NCBI GenBank assembly: GCA_002762985.1
Contig: PCXZ01000030.1
Span: 11,692-75,691 of the forward strand
From: Candidatus Woesearchaeota archaeon CG10_big_fil_rev_8_21_14_0_10_44_13
Lineage (GTDB): Archaea > Nanobdellota > Nanobdellia > Woesearchaeales > UBA12501
Direction of reading: 5' to 3'
DNA: 64,000 nt
Shown: positions 47,616-57,124 of the stretch, piece by piece
Layout of the letters: each line of letters begins with the position of its first letter
Position numbering within the stretch: position 1 is the first letter of the stretch
Notes under the pieces: model-generated
What the model was told of the DNA's origin: nothing
Databases searched by the model: none
What the model saw: the letters and a program-made list of their open reading frames with translations, nothing else
Made by a program: the position numbers and the translations under genes

Positions 47616-50405
47616 CTACTGGACGCCGCCTATTCCTGGGAGTGATCCCTGGCCGCCATCCTTGCCTACAGTAGTTATTATGTGGACTATGGTGTCTCCG
47701 CCCTGTGCTGCTCCCTGCGCATAAGCTATTGGTGCTGTTATTGCTGCTGAACTAAGTGCGCCTGCTGCATATGCTGTTGAGTTAGGCATTGGGTCGACAT
47801 GCACCCTGTGTGTGAATGATCCGGCTCCGACATTATTACCATTAACTTCGTGTGAAACATCAGTTATCATCAGGTAATCATTCTGGTGATTGTTGACCCT
47901 TCTTCCGCCAAGATAAGTGCTGTTATGGCCTGCGACCTCTAAGCCGCCGACTGTTTCGTATTTCTTATTGTGGAATCTCATCTCATCAGGATGGTTGCTC
48001 TCTGTCCCATTTATGCCGTTATTGCCGTCCAATACTATCTGTGCTCCATGTTGGCCGTCCTGCTTCCTGACAGCAGTATATCTCTCCCATTCATGGTCTT
48101 CTGGCAATAACAGGTTTTTTACCCTGCTTGGAATTGTCTCTCTGCCATATACGGGCTGCTCATTCGCATGCAATACCCTTGTCTGAGTGTCATAACCCTG
48201 CTGCGCTGCAGCTTCTGACGGGCCTACTCCAACATGATCGCCTGAATAGACGACTGTGCCGTCGCGATTCAGTGTTTTGCCCGGGTGATGCCCCTGCAGC
48301 TTTTCCCATCCGCCATCAACAGTATATTCAATCAGTGATTGCGTTGTAGGGTCATGCGGGTTGCTTACAGGTTTGAAAGTTTTATGTTCACCGGGTTCCT
48401 CTATCACAGGTGTTACAGGATCTTGCTTAACAGGAGGAACGTGTCCTCTGTGGGGGTGGCCGCTATATCTTGCGAATATGTGCTCCATGTCTCCGTCCTC
48501 AATGCTGTGCGTTTCCCTGTCATAAGTATTCCCCCTGTCCAAGAAGGATACTTCTGCGACAAGCCTGCCGTTCCTTACTCCACCCATTATCTTTGAAGAG
48601 TCAACTACATTAATCTCATTTCCATCTGCATCAACCATCACTGTCCCATAACCATCGTTATCAACATCCACTACCGCTATAGGTGCTTTGTGGTTCCTGT
48701 CGAATATCCTGATGACCATATCATCATTGCATAGCTGGTAATCTATCTTCTGCTCCAGCTCCATGAGTTTCTTGTCATGATCATTGTCAAAGTCGATGTT
48801 TATGTGGAATTTCAGATTGTCTCCGTCCCTGACAAAACCAAGGCCCCCTCTTGTGAGCGGATGGACTATTGTCTGGTCCCTGCCGAATTCGTAAGTATGG
48901 GCAAGCAGGATGTCATTAAGATATCCCTGTGCTTCAACCTCATTTATGCCTTCTGAATTAGTATTGAAATCAAACAGGTGCGAATATCTATGCTGATCAT
49001 CAGGCAAAGCTGCAAAATCAAACTCTGGCTGGCTTACTGCTTTATTGTGACCGCTGCTTTTTGCATCTGCATTGGCAAGTATCCCCCATAATCTTGTGCC
49101 TGCATCCTTCTCAACAAATGAAGTGAATGGAGATTCGTATGCTGGTGTTGCTGGTGCAGCGGGTGTTGCTGGTGCTGTTACAGGGTATATTGTTGGTGCT
49201 GGTGTTCCTGGTGCTGTTGCTTCTGGTGTTGCTGGGGTTGTTTCTGGTGTTCCTGGTGCAGCAGATGCTGTAGCCGGATCCAATGCATGGTGCATCACAA
49301 CTGCAGCTGAATATAAGGCATGATCTGCTATTTCCAAAACGCTTGGCAGCATCCCTGCTGTCGCGCTTGCAGCATACAATGCAGTGTTCAGTGTCTGGAG
49401 ATCTTTTGCCGTATTAATCCTTGATCTTGTGCCTTCGCCGAATTTTCCTTCCCTTATCTCTTTAATCCCCTTATAGGATTCTCCTGCTGTCGCTCCGCTC
49501 ACTGCTGCCCTCATCAATGGGGCGATTGCAGCCGATATGTCTCCTGCCGCAGCGGATATGGCAGCATTTGCTATGAAATAAGCTGCTGTCCCGAATGTAG
49601 AATATGTCCCTGCATGGAAATCCGTGATTATTTTCTTAAGCGCATCTCCCTCATAGGTCTTGCCGCCCAGTGTAACTGATTTTCCTTCATATTGTTCCAA
49701 TATGCCCTTCAGATCAGAGCTTTTCCCCGAAAGATGTCTTGTCAGCCTGTCTGCATTCTTGAATGCATACAATATTCCTGCTATTGACAGCGGATTTACG
49801 AATGCTGCAGAGCCGTATGTCAGTCTGCTCAAGAAATTCACTGCAGCGCCGAAATCAGAGCTTACCTGCGATTTATTCACTCCTTCTTTCTGGCCATACT
49901 GTAATGTTGCTATCCCCAGATTTATATTCTTCTTATAATCATCATCCACCCTTAATTCCGATCTCTTCAGGCCCGGATTCAATTTCATTGCAGCAGTCCT
50001 TGCCCTGATCCTGTTGACTGCTCCGGGTATTGAATTTATTGTTGCCCTTATCTCTTCTACAGAAGCATTATTCCTTGCAAGATCCTCAACAGAGGAGATT
50101 GCTGTTTCATCTCTCTGCAAAGATTGATAAAGTGATTTTGCCGCTTTAGGCACATTGACAGATTCAAGGAACATATTGCCTATGCTCTTCATCTCATCGA
50201 CCAATGTCTTTCCGATTTTTATCGCAGAACTCTGTTCCCCGAACTGCTCTCCGACATATTCCCTTCCTTCAGGCATATAAGCTGTGAATGGGGCTTTGCT
50301 GAATTCACGGGCTTTTTTGAGCTGGATAGCATTTGCTGCAGCACTGGCACCGGCAGTCGCCACCAATAGATCTATTCCCTTTAATTCTCTGAAATTTTTG
50401 GCCAT
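47616..50405 (-). CDS. Hypothetical 929-aa protein: Ala/Gly-rich helical N-half, Pro/Ala/Thr linker, acidic beta-rich C-half
   Basis: Long uninterrupted ORF with GAGGT SD and upstream BRE-TATA; no recognisable family motif. Confidence 0.75.
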   Translation of the reverse strand: MAKNFRELKGIDLLVATAGASAAANAIQLKKAREFSKAPFTAYMPEGREYVGEQFGEQSSAIKIGKTLVDEMKSIGNMFLESVNVPKAAKSLYQSLQRDETAISSVEDLARNNASVEEIRATINSIPGAVNRIRARTAAMKLNPGLKRSELRVDDDYKKNINLGIATLQYGQKEGVNKSQVSSDFGAAVNFLSRLTYGSAAFVNPLSIAGILYAFKNADRLTRHLSGKSSDLKGILEQYEGKSVTLGGKTYEGDALKKIITDFHAGTYSTFGTAAYFIANAAISAAAGDISAAIAPLMRAAVSGATAGESYKGIKEIREGKFGEGTRSRINTAKDLQTLNTALYAASATAGMLPSVLEIADHALYSAAVVMHHALDPATASAAPGTPETTPATPEATAPGTPAPTIYPVTAPATPAAPATPAYESPFTSFVEKDAGTRLWGILANADAKSSGHNKAVSQPEFDFAALPDDQHRYSHLFDFNTNSEGINEVEAQGYLNDILLAHTYEFGRDQTIVHPLTRGGLGFVRDGDNLKFHINIDFDNDHDKKLMELEQKIDYQLCNDDMVIRIFDRNHKAPIAVVDVDNDGYGTVMVDADGNEINVVDSSKIMGGVRNGRLVAEVSFLDRGNTYDRETHSIEDGDMEHIFARYSGHPHRGHVPPVKQDPVTPVIEEPGEHKTFKPVSNPHDPTTQSLIEYTVDGGWEKLQGHHPGKTLNRDGTVVYSGDHVGVGPSEAAAQQGYDTQTRVLHANEQPVYGRETIPSRVKNLLLPEDHEWERYTAVRKQDGQHGAQIVLDGNNGINGTESNHPDEMRFHNKKYETVGGLEVAGHNSTYLGGRRVNNHQNDYLMITDVSHEVNGNNVGAGSFTHRVHVDPMPNSTAYAAGALSSAAITAPIAYAQGAAQGGDTIVHIITTVGKDGGQGSLPGIGGVQ
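49138..49270 (-). repeat. Low-complexity TPA/APGTP linker repeats
   Basis: Reiterated (c/g)ctggtg(t/c)t units encoding APGTPETTPATPEATAPGTPAPT...PATPAAPATPA. Confidence 0.8.
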
Positions 50406-50563
50406 TTTTTTTACCTCGAGTATAACCTCATATTACTCTTTTATTTTTGCTTGTTTTTGACTTTAAAGTTGTTTATTGACGTTTAAACGCATTTTTACGA
50501 CTTTAATTTCAACCCAAAAGATAAGGCTAAAACTGTTATTTACCATCTGTAAGTAACAACCAA

Positions 50564-50712
50564 TATATAAAGCTTTTGTTTTTTGTTATTGAACAGTAGA
50601 GAATATTAATTGTATAGTAAATAGAGATATAAAAAGGTATGTTTCAGTGCCAATTGGACATGCAAAGGCATACGCTCTATCCTTCGGCTCTGTCCTTCAA
50701 AAGCTTTATATA
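50564..50712. promoter_or_regulatory. Divergent twin BRE-TATA promoters, identical 15-mer CAAAAGCTTTATATA on both strands
   Basis: 50564-50578 (minus strand, toward the 929-aa gene) and 50698-50712 (plus strand, toward aglB) form a perfect inverted pair. Confidence 0.65.
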
Positions 50713-50743
50713 CAGATGGTTTTTTTACATAATCGGGTGTTTG

Positions 50744-53527
50744 ATGAGCAAAAAAGAAGACGATCTTGCAATAGATTTCAGCGGGATAGGCAGGAAGATT
50801 GGCTCCCTGTTCAAGGCAGGAAGCAAGACAGAAAGCAGAGTGCGCAAGGAAAAACCTTCTCATAATGAACCGCATGCAGGACCCCACGAAACACATGCAA
50901 AAAAATCAGATGATGAGATCTCTCTGGACCTCAGGAAAGCAGGCAGTTTCATAGTCAAGCACAGGACAGTATTCCTCTTATTGATCCCCTTGTTCATAGC
51001 GATATTCTTCAGGGCTTATCCAATCTATCTTCCAATAACAGATGAATGGGCAAAAAGTTCTGTTGACAGGTATTACAAGGCGCAGATAACAGACCAGATA
51101 AACCAGCAGTATCCTAATCTCCCTGCAGAGAACAAAGAGGTCATAGCCAATGAGAATCTTGAGAAGCTGATAACAGAGCGTAAAGATGTCTACCGGCAGC
51201 AGATAAGCCAGGTCTCGCAGACATTCAAGGCGCAGTTCCAGGACGAGACAGGGCAGACATACATACTTGATATCGACCCATGGCATTGGTACAGATACAC
51301 GAAAAACATAGTCGATCATGGATACCCCGGGGATTATATAAGGGAAGATGGGGTGATGATGGACAACCATATGGTCGCTCCATTGGGCAATAAGGTAGGA
51401 AAGGAATTGCACCCTTATTTCGGGGCTTACCTGCATATGTTCCTCAGGCTCTTCAACAGCAACATAAGCGTGATGACATCATTCTTCATGCTGCCTCTTG
51501 TTCTTTCCATCATAATGGTCATACCTGCATTCTTCATAGGCAGGAAGATAGGCGGCGATCTTGGAGGATTATTCACAAGCATACTGCTTGCAACTAACCC
51601 TTCCCTGCTTGCAAGGACCACTGCAGGAGTCCCTGATACTGACGCTTACACGATACTTTTCCCGCTGATAATAGTATGGCTTTTCTATGAGGCTCTTGAT
51701 TCGACAGAAAGGAAAAATGCGATCATATATTCGGTCATAGCTGCGTTTTTCGTCGCAGTCTTCAGCGCAACATGGTACGGCTGGTGGTACATATTCGATT
51801 TCCTGATAGGCGTGACAGTGATATACCTCATCTATCTCGTGCTTGTGCAGAAAGAAAGCCTGAAAGACGCGCTGGACATACAGGGAAAGAAGAATGTCAT
51901 ATTCCTTTCGCTCGTGTGCTTTTTCGTCTGCTCGATGGTATTGGTGCCGATCTTCACGACAACATCGAATTTCAGCAGCGTATTCACACAGCCGATAAGT
52001 TTCATATCAATAAAGCAGTCTGCAAACCCATCATTGTGGCCTAATGTCTTCACAACAGTCGCTGAGCTCAATGAGGCGTCATTAAGCCAGGTGATCCAGA
52101 GCCTTGGGGGAAAGATGCTTTTTGCGATAAGTCTGCTGGGCATCTTACTGATATTGGTGACAAAGAATGAAGGCAAGTCTAATGCAAAATATGCCACCCT
52201 TCTTGTGATATGGTTCCTGGCGACGATATACGCGAGCACAAAAGGGATAAGATTCGTCAACCTGCTTGTGCCCGCATTCTCGCTTGCAGTAGGCGCAGCA
52301 GTAGGCATCTCTTTCAGATACCTGTCAAGATGGATAGTGAATGAGCTCAATGTGAACAAGATGATATGCAATTTCGTGCTTGCGCTATTGATGATCATGA
52401 TCCTCATAGTGCCGATAAAGACCGCCCAGGCAACGGCAAAAGGCCAGGTGCCTCTGATAAGCGATGGATGGTATAATGCATTGACGAAGATAAGGACGAA
52501 CTCTACGCAGGATGCCATAGTGAACAGCTGGTGGGATTTCGGGCACTGGTTCAAGGCTGTAACTGACAGGGCCGTCACTTTTGACGGGGCTTCACAGAAC
52601 AGGCCGCAGGCACATTGGGTCGGCCATGTGCTGCTGACTGATAATGAAGACCAGGCGATAGGCATACTCAGGATGCTTGACTGCGGCGCAAACACCGCTT
52701 TTGATGTCCTGAACAACCAGACGAATAACATGCACCTGTCAATAGACATAGTGTATTCAGTAATCGTGCTTGACAAGGAGGATGCAAGGGCTGTCCTTGA
52801 GAAAAACGGCATCCCTGAAGACAAGATCGAAGAGGTCCTGAAATACACCCACTGCAGCCCTCCTGAAGATTATTTCATAACGAGCGAGGACATGGTCGGA
52901 AAGGCAGGGGTATGGGCTCATTTCGGCTCATGGGATTTTGAGAAGGCGAAGATATGGACTGAGTTCAGGAAGAAAAGCTCAGAAGAGGCCGTCGCTCTGA
53001 TGATGAAGGAATTCAATTACTCAGAAGAGAAGGCCCAGAACACATATTATGAGGTTCAGAGCATAACTGACGAGAAAGAGGCGAACAACTGGATAAGCCC
53101 ATGGCCAGGATATGCAGGAGTGACATCATGCCAGCAGATCAAATCCAACAACGGCTCCATACAATGCGTGTTCAACATAGGCAACCAGATGGCTCCTTTC
53201 CAGGTCGACATCGAGAGGATGGAAGCATCGATAGAGACCACGACAGGCCAGGTGCGCCCAAGCTCGATGGTCTATGTCGACAAGAACGATAATTTTGTCG
53301 AGAAGAAGTATGCCAACAATACGCTGCCTTATTCGCTTGGCATAGTGAAGAAAGGAGATGGTTACCAGGCGATAATGATGTCTCCTCAGCTCGCAGCGAG
53401 CATGTTCACAAGGCTGTTCTATTTCGACGGCGCAGGGCTGAAGCATTTCGACAAGTTCGACCATGAGGTTGATATCTCAGGCCAGAACATAATCGTGTGG
53501 AAGGTAGATTGGGAAGGGAAGAAGTAA
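50744..53527 (+). CDS. aglB: Oligosaccharyltransferase AglB (STT3), canonical copy
   Basis: Likely start MSKKEDD at 50744 (GGGTG SD); DIDPWH, PDTDAY (DxD), TTVAE, SWWDFGHW, FDGASQ, DMVGK (DK motif). Confidence 0.95.
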   Translation: MSKKEDDLAIDFSGIGRKIGSLFKAGSKTESRVRKEKPSHNEPHAGPHETHAKKSDDEISLDLRKAGSFIVKHRTVFLLLIPLFIAIFFRAYPIYLPITDEWAKSSVDRYYKAQITDQINQQYPNLPAENKEVIANENLEKLITERKDVYRQQISQVSQTFKAQFQDETGQTYILDIDPWHWYRYTKNIVDHGYPGDYIREDGVMMDNHMVAPLGNKVGKELHPYFGAYLHMFLRLFNSNISVMTSFFMLPLVLSIIMVIPAFFIGRKIGGDLGGLFTSILLATNPSLLARTTAGVPDTDAYTILFPLIIVWLFYEALDSTERKNAIIYSVIAAFFVAVFSATWYGWWYIFDFLIGVTVIYLIYLVLVQKESLKDALDIQGKKNVIFLSLVCFFVCSMVLVPIFTTTSNFSSVFTQPISFISIKQSANPSLWPNVFTTVAELNEASLSQVIQSLGGKMLFAISLLGILLILVTKNEGKSNAKYATLLVIWFLATIYASTKGIRFVNLLVPAFSLAVGAAVGISFRYLSRWIVNELNVNKMICNFVLALLMIMILIVPIKTAQATAKGQVPLISDGWYNALTKIRTNSTQDAIVNSWWDFGHWFKAVTDRAVTFDGASQNRPQAHWVGHVLLTDNEDQAIGILRMLDCGANTAFDVLNNQTNNMHLSIDIVYSVIVLDKEDARAVLEKNGIPEDKIEEVLKYTHCSPPEDYFITSEDMVGKAGVWAHFGSWDFEKAKIWTEFRKKSSEEAVALMMKEFNYSEEKAQNTYYEVQSITDEKEANNWISPWPGYAGVTSCQQIKSNNGSIQCVFNIGNQMAPFQVDIERMEASIETTTGQVRPSSMVYVDKNDNFVEKKYANNTLPYSLGIVKKGDGYQAIMMSPQLAASMFTRLFYFDGAGLKHFDKFDHEVDISGQNIIVWKVDWEGKK

Positions 53528-53535
53528 GTATATCT

Positions 53536-54210
53536 TTATTGATGTTCAGATATTCCGCCTGTTTTTTTCGCCTGCATAGCAGCAAAGGTGTAAAAAAAAT
53601 CAGATAGGTCCCCATATTGATATTCTTGTATTGGATTTAAAACAAAAGATCCGTCTTTTTTGAGAGTCTCACAAAGTCTTCTTAAATGTGAACTATCTTC
53701 TGCTCCTTCGCTCAATACGGTGATCATCCCTGTATCTGACAAAAATTTATTGGCCATCTTGAAAATACCTACCCAGTTATCAAAACCGCAAAAATCAGGA
53801 AAATTTACATGGACAAAGTCGTATGCCTTTGTTCCATTTCCCTTGAAATCTAAACCCAATGACCAGGGTTTTTTTGTTGAAGCGTCGCCATCATATTCCC
53901 CTCTTGCCTGAAAATCATAGTCATTAATTGAACGACTTGTTGGGTGCCCATATTCTATGTCGCAACCTACTACAGCAATATTGCTCCTATCTAAGCCATA
54001 TCTTAATTTGTGGAACCCTCTGATGATTGACCCTTCAAGAGTAAAATCCCTACAGCCTACTGCCATTGCTAACACTCTCTCTCGGGGTTTATAACCTTCT
54101 GGTATGCCATTATTAAGAATGTATAGGATCGATTCTTCTAAGAGGTTAGTTTTACCAACAAATTCTCCCATGTGGTCCATGTCAGCATGATTAAATGTTT
54201 TAATGGCCAT
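53536..54210 (-). CDS. Hypothetical protein, possibly a degenerate class I SAM methyltransferase fold
   Basis: Motif-like blocks RVLAMAVGC, VVGCDI, YDFVHVNFPD, FLSDTGMITV appear in Rossmann-methyltransferase order. Confidence 0.5.
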   Translation of the reverse strand: MAIKTFNHADMDHMGEFVGKTNLLEESILYILNNGIPEGYKPRERVLAMAVGCRDFTLEGSIIRGFHKLRYGLDRSNIAVVGCDIEYGHPTSRSINDYDFQARGEYDGDASTKKPWSLGLDFKGNGTKAYDFVHVNFPDFCGFDNWVGIFKMANKFLSDTGMITVLSEGAEDSSHLRRLCETLKKDGSFVLNPIQEYQYGDLSDFFYTFAAMQAKKTGGISEHQ

Positions 54211-54279
54211 AATCTGCAGAAGAACGGGGCTATTATTTAAACTTTACTGATTTGTCACTACTATCCAATAATCCTAAAA

Positions 54280-54294
54280 CGAAATATTTAAATA
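54280..54294 (+). promoter_or_regulatory. BRE-TATA promoter (CGAAATA TTTAAATA), leaderless
   Basis: Consensus match ending 24 bp before ATG 54319. Confidence 0.65.
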
Positions 54295-54318
54295 GTGTGC
54301 GTTCATTTTGACTAAGAT

Positions 54319-54813
54319 ATGGCACAATTCAAAGTGACTGATAAGGACATAAGATCATTGGAGGACAAGGCTGATTCAGCGTACAGAGCGCTGAAGCAGG
54401 GCGTTGAAACTTCAGATATCGACCTTATCGATTCTGCTGAAGAATTGTATGGGCATCTTCTTGATAATCTACATATGCTGACAATGAATGCTACAGAGAG
54501 TATAAAATGCCTAAGGAAAGGCGGGAAAAGGGCTGAACCAATAGAGAAATTCATCCTGCAATGCCTTTTGATACACAAATCGCCAACTTCTTTGTATGAT
54601 GATGGCAGATACCAGACAAGCATAGTGCCTGATGGGAAAGATGGTATGGGGGGTTTAAAGGCCTACTTGGACGCAGATGACGGCCCGGACTATCAAAAAG
54701 CAGAGATGTTCAGATTGATCCAGAACAAGGCAGAAGAGATTAGGGAAAGAAAAGCATTTGACATGATATTGAATGCAGTTGAGTATGTAAGGGAAAAATA
54801 TAGTGCTAAATGA
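54319..54813 (+). CDS. Hypothetical helical protein
   Basis: 164-aa ORF with its own consensus promoter. Confidence 0.7.
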   Translation: MAQFKVTDKDIRSLEDKADSAYRALKQGVETSDIDLIDSAEELYGHLLDNLHMLTMNATESIKCLRKGGKRAEPIEKFILQCLLIHKSPTSLYDDGRYQTSIVPDGKDGMGGLKAYLDADDGPDYQKAEMFRLIQNKAEEIRERKAFDMILNAVEYVREKYSAK

Positions 54814-54946
54814 TTTCTGAATGATAATCAAGGTTCTAAAAGCATGCATCTAATATTAATCCAATTTTAAATCGTGCTCCAGATACATTTAAATATACAT
54901 TAACTATCCCCTAATAGATACACTATATTATAATGGGGGTGCAAAC

Positions 54947-55213
54947 ATGCAGCTGAAGGTCAAGAAGGAGAACAAGGATGGTGTTGTAAGGCTGGAATCT
55001 TCCGGCATTGTCAAGGAAATAATCGTGAATGAGAACCTGCTCAATCCTGATGAGGAATCCGTCTCAATATGCTACAGGGGCAAGAATTCCTCCGGGATAA
55101 TCGATTTCACACCCGCTGAGATCGACAAGATATTTGAGTCTGTAAAGAACAGGATGCACCTCATAAAGGGCCTTAAGAGGTTCAGCGGAAGCGGAGCGAT
55201 CATAACCAAGTAG
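54947..55213 (+). CDS. Small hypothetical protein
   Basis: 88-aa ORF with GGGGGTG SD and codon usage like its neighbours. Confidence 0.7.
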   Translation: MQLKVKKENKDGVVRLESSGIVKEIIVNENLLNPDEESVSICYRGKNSSGIIDFTPAEIDKIFESVKNRMHLIKGLKRFSGSGAIITK

Positions 55214-55449
55214 GATGTTCTAATGGCTAGAAGGGAGTTGGGTTATTAAGGATTATATTCTTTTTGTTAATTTTTTCATCCAATCCTAACCCTCCCAAAA
55301 ACGCTGCAGACATTACGTCCCGCCCTTAAAAACGGTGGTGCGCACTGGGAAAAAATCATGCTGAATGATGCTCTGACCCCTAATCGTTGATAATAATATG
55401 CGCCTATCCCTGGAAAACCTTTTTAAACAACAAAGACAATCTCCGGTTT

Positions 55450-56367
55450 ATGGATATAAGCATAATCATACCGGTGTATAATGAGCAGGACAATGTTTCT
55501 CTGCTGCACAGCGAGCTGAAAAAAGTCTTGAACTCCATAAAAAAGAGCTATGAGATGATTTTTGTAGATGACGGCAGCAATGATAATACACTGAAAAGGC
55601 TTGAAGAGCTGAACAGGAAAGACAAGAGAATAAGGGTGGTATCTTTCGCTAGGAATTTCGGCAAAGCCTCTGCGCTCATGGCAGGATTCAAAGAGAGCAA
55701 AGGCAGCATAATCTTCACTATGGACGGCGATCTGCAGGATGACCCGAAGGAGATCCCTAATTTCATAAAAAAGATCGGCGAAGGCTATGACCTTGTGAAC
55801 GGCTGGAAATTCGTAAGGCATGATCCCCTGGGCAAGACAATGCCGTCAAAATTCTTCAATTTCCTGACAAGGAAGATCACGGGGGTGAATGTCCATGACT
55901 CGAACTGCGGCTTCAAGGCCTATAAGAGGCAGGTGATCCAAAACATTAAAATACATGGGGAATTACACCGTTATATCCCCTCCATTGTTAGATGGAAAGG
56001 CTTCAGGGTAGGCGAGATCAAAGTTGAGCATCACCCCAGGAGATATGGGAAAAGCAAATATGGAGTTGAGAGGCTTATGAAAGGATTTTTAGACCTGATA
56101 ACAGTAAGATTCATCACGAAATACACGAGAAGGCCGCTGCATTTCTTCGGGCCGATAGGCATATTGTCCATACTTCTTGGCTTCATAGCAGGAGCCTATC
56201 TCACATGGCAATGGTTCACGATAGGGGGCATAGGCAACAGGCCCATGCTATTCCTGTCCGTGCTTCTGATTGTAGTAGGAGTCCAGTTCATATCATTAGG
56301 TCTTTTGGGCGAGATGATAGCTAACATGAATCCTAAAGAGGATTATGTGATAAAGAAAAAGCTGTAA
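55450..56367 (+). CDS. GT2 polyprenol-phosphate glycosyltransferase with two C-terminal TM helices (ArnC/DPM-like)
   Basis: Likely start MDISIIIPVYNE; VDDGSND, FARNFGK, MDGDLQDDP, DSNCGFKAY, ELHRYIP. Confidence 0.9.
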   Translation: MDISIIIPVYNEQDNVSLLHSELKKVLNSIKKSYEMIFVDDGSNDNTLKRLEELNRKDKRIRVVSFARNFGKASALMAGFKESKGSIIFTMDGDLQDDPKEIPNFIKKIGEGYDLVNGWKFVRHDPLGKTMPSKFFNFLTRKITGVNVHDSNCGFKAYKRQVIQNIKIHGELHRYIPSIVRWKGFRVGEIKVEHHPRRYGKSKYGVERLMKGFLDLITVRFITKYTRRPLHFFGPIGILSILLGFIAGAYLTWQWFTIGGIGNRPMLFLSVLLIVVGVQFISLGLLGEMIANMNPKEDYVIKKKL

Positions 56368-56400
56368 AAAAGATAAAGTATAGGCATATTTTAGTTCTTT

Positions 56401-57123
56401 TTATTTCTTCTCAAGTTTCTCCTTCACTAACTGCGAAGCCCTGAGCAAAGAATCAAATGTGCCTGCATCTGACCAGAATCCTTTAAGGAATCCCGCTTCC
56501 ATCTTGCTTTTCTTGATATAATAGTTATTTACGTCGGTAATTTCCAGCTCTCCTCTCCCTGAAGGCTTAAGCGTCTTTATTATGTTGAAAACATCTGCAT
56601 CATAGATGTACAGCCCTGTCACAGCCCAGTTTGATTTCGGGTTTTTGGGCTTCTCCTCTATGCCCATCACCTTGTTGCCCTTAAGCTCTGCAACACCGAA
56701 TCTCTGCGGGTCATGGACTTCCTTAAGGAATATCTTCGCTCCGCCTTTGAAACTCTGGACATCCTTCTTTATGTCATCCTCGAAGATATTATCGCCGAGT
56801 ATGACAATGACTGGTTCCTTGTCAGCGAAGTTCTCTGCTAGGCCTAAAGCCTGGGCTATCCCCCCTGCTTCGTCTTGTATCTCAAAAGTCAGCTTGACTC
56901 CGAAGTCCTTGCCTGAGCCCAAAAGATTGAGGAAATGGCCTGCGTGGCCCGGGCCTGAAACGATCAATATGTCCCTTATGCCTGCATTGATAAGCGTATT
57001 TATTGGGTAATATATCATGGGCTTGTTGTAGACCGGCAGAAGATGCTTGTTGGTGATCTTTGTACATGGCATCATCCTGGATCCAGTGCCCCCTGCAAGA
57101 ATAACTCCTTTCATTTTGCACAC
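56401..57123 (-). CDS. rmlA: Glucose-1-phosphate thymidylyltransferase (short form)
   Basis: GVILAGGTGSR, NKHLLPVYNKPMIYYP, ILGDNIF, EEKP, PSGRGELEITD, WSDAGT. Confidence 0.92.
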   Translation of the reverse strand: MCKMKGVILAGGTGSRMMPCTKITNKHLLPVYNKPMIYYPINTLINAGIRDILIVSGPGHAGHFLNLLGSGKDFGVKLTFEIQDEAGGIAQALGLAENFADKEPVIVILGDNIFEDDIKKDVQSFKGGAKIFLKEVHDPQRFGVAELKGNKVMGIEEKPKNPKSNWAVTGLYIYDADVFNIIKTLKPSGRGELEITDVNNYYIKKSKMEAGFLKGFWSDAGTFDSLLRASQLVKEKLEKK

Positions 57124-57124
57124 C

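Noticed and set aside
51832-52848. 338-aa minus-strand ORF
   Set aside because: Antisense shadow of aglB; Ser/Thr/Leu-rich translation with no recognisable domain.
55355-55380. C/D-box-like words (CTGA, ATGATG, CTGA)
   Set aside because: Spacing is too short for guide regions and there is no proper C...D'/C'...D layout.
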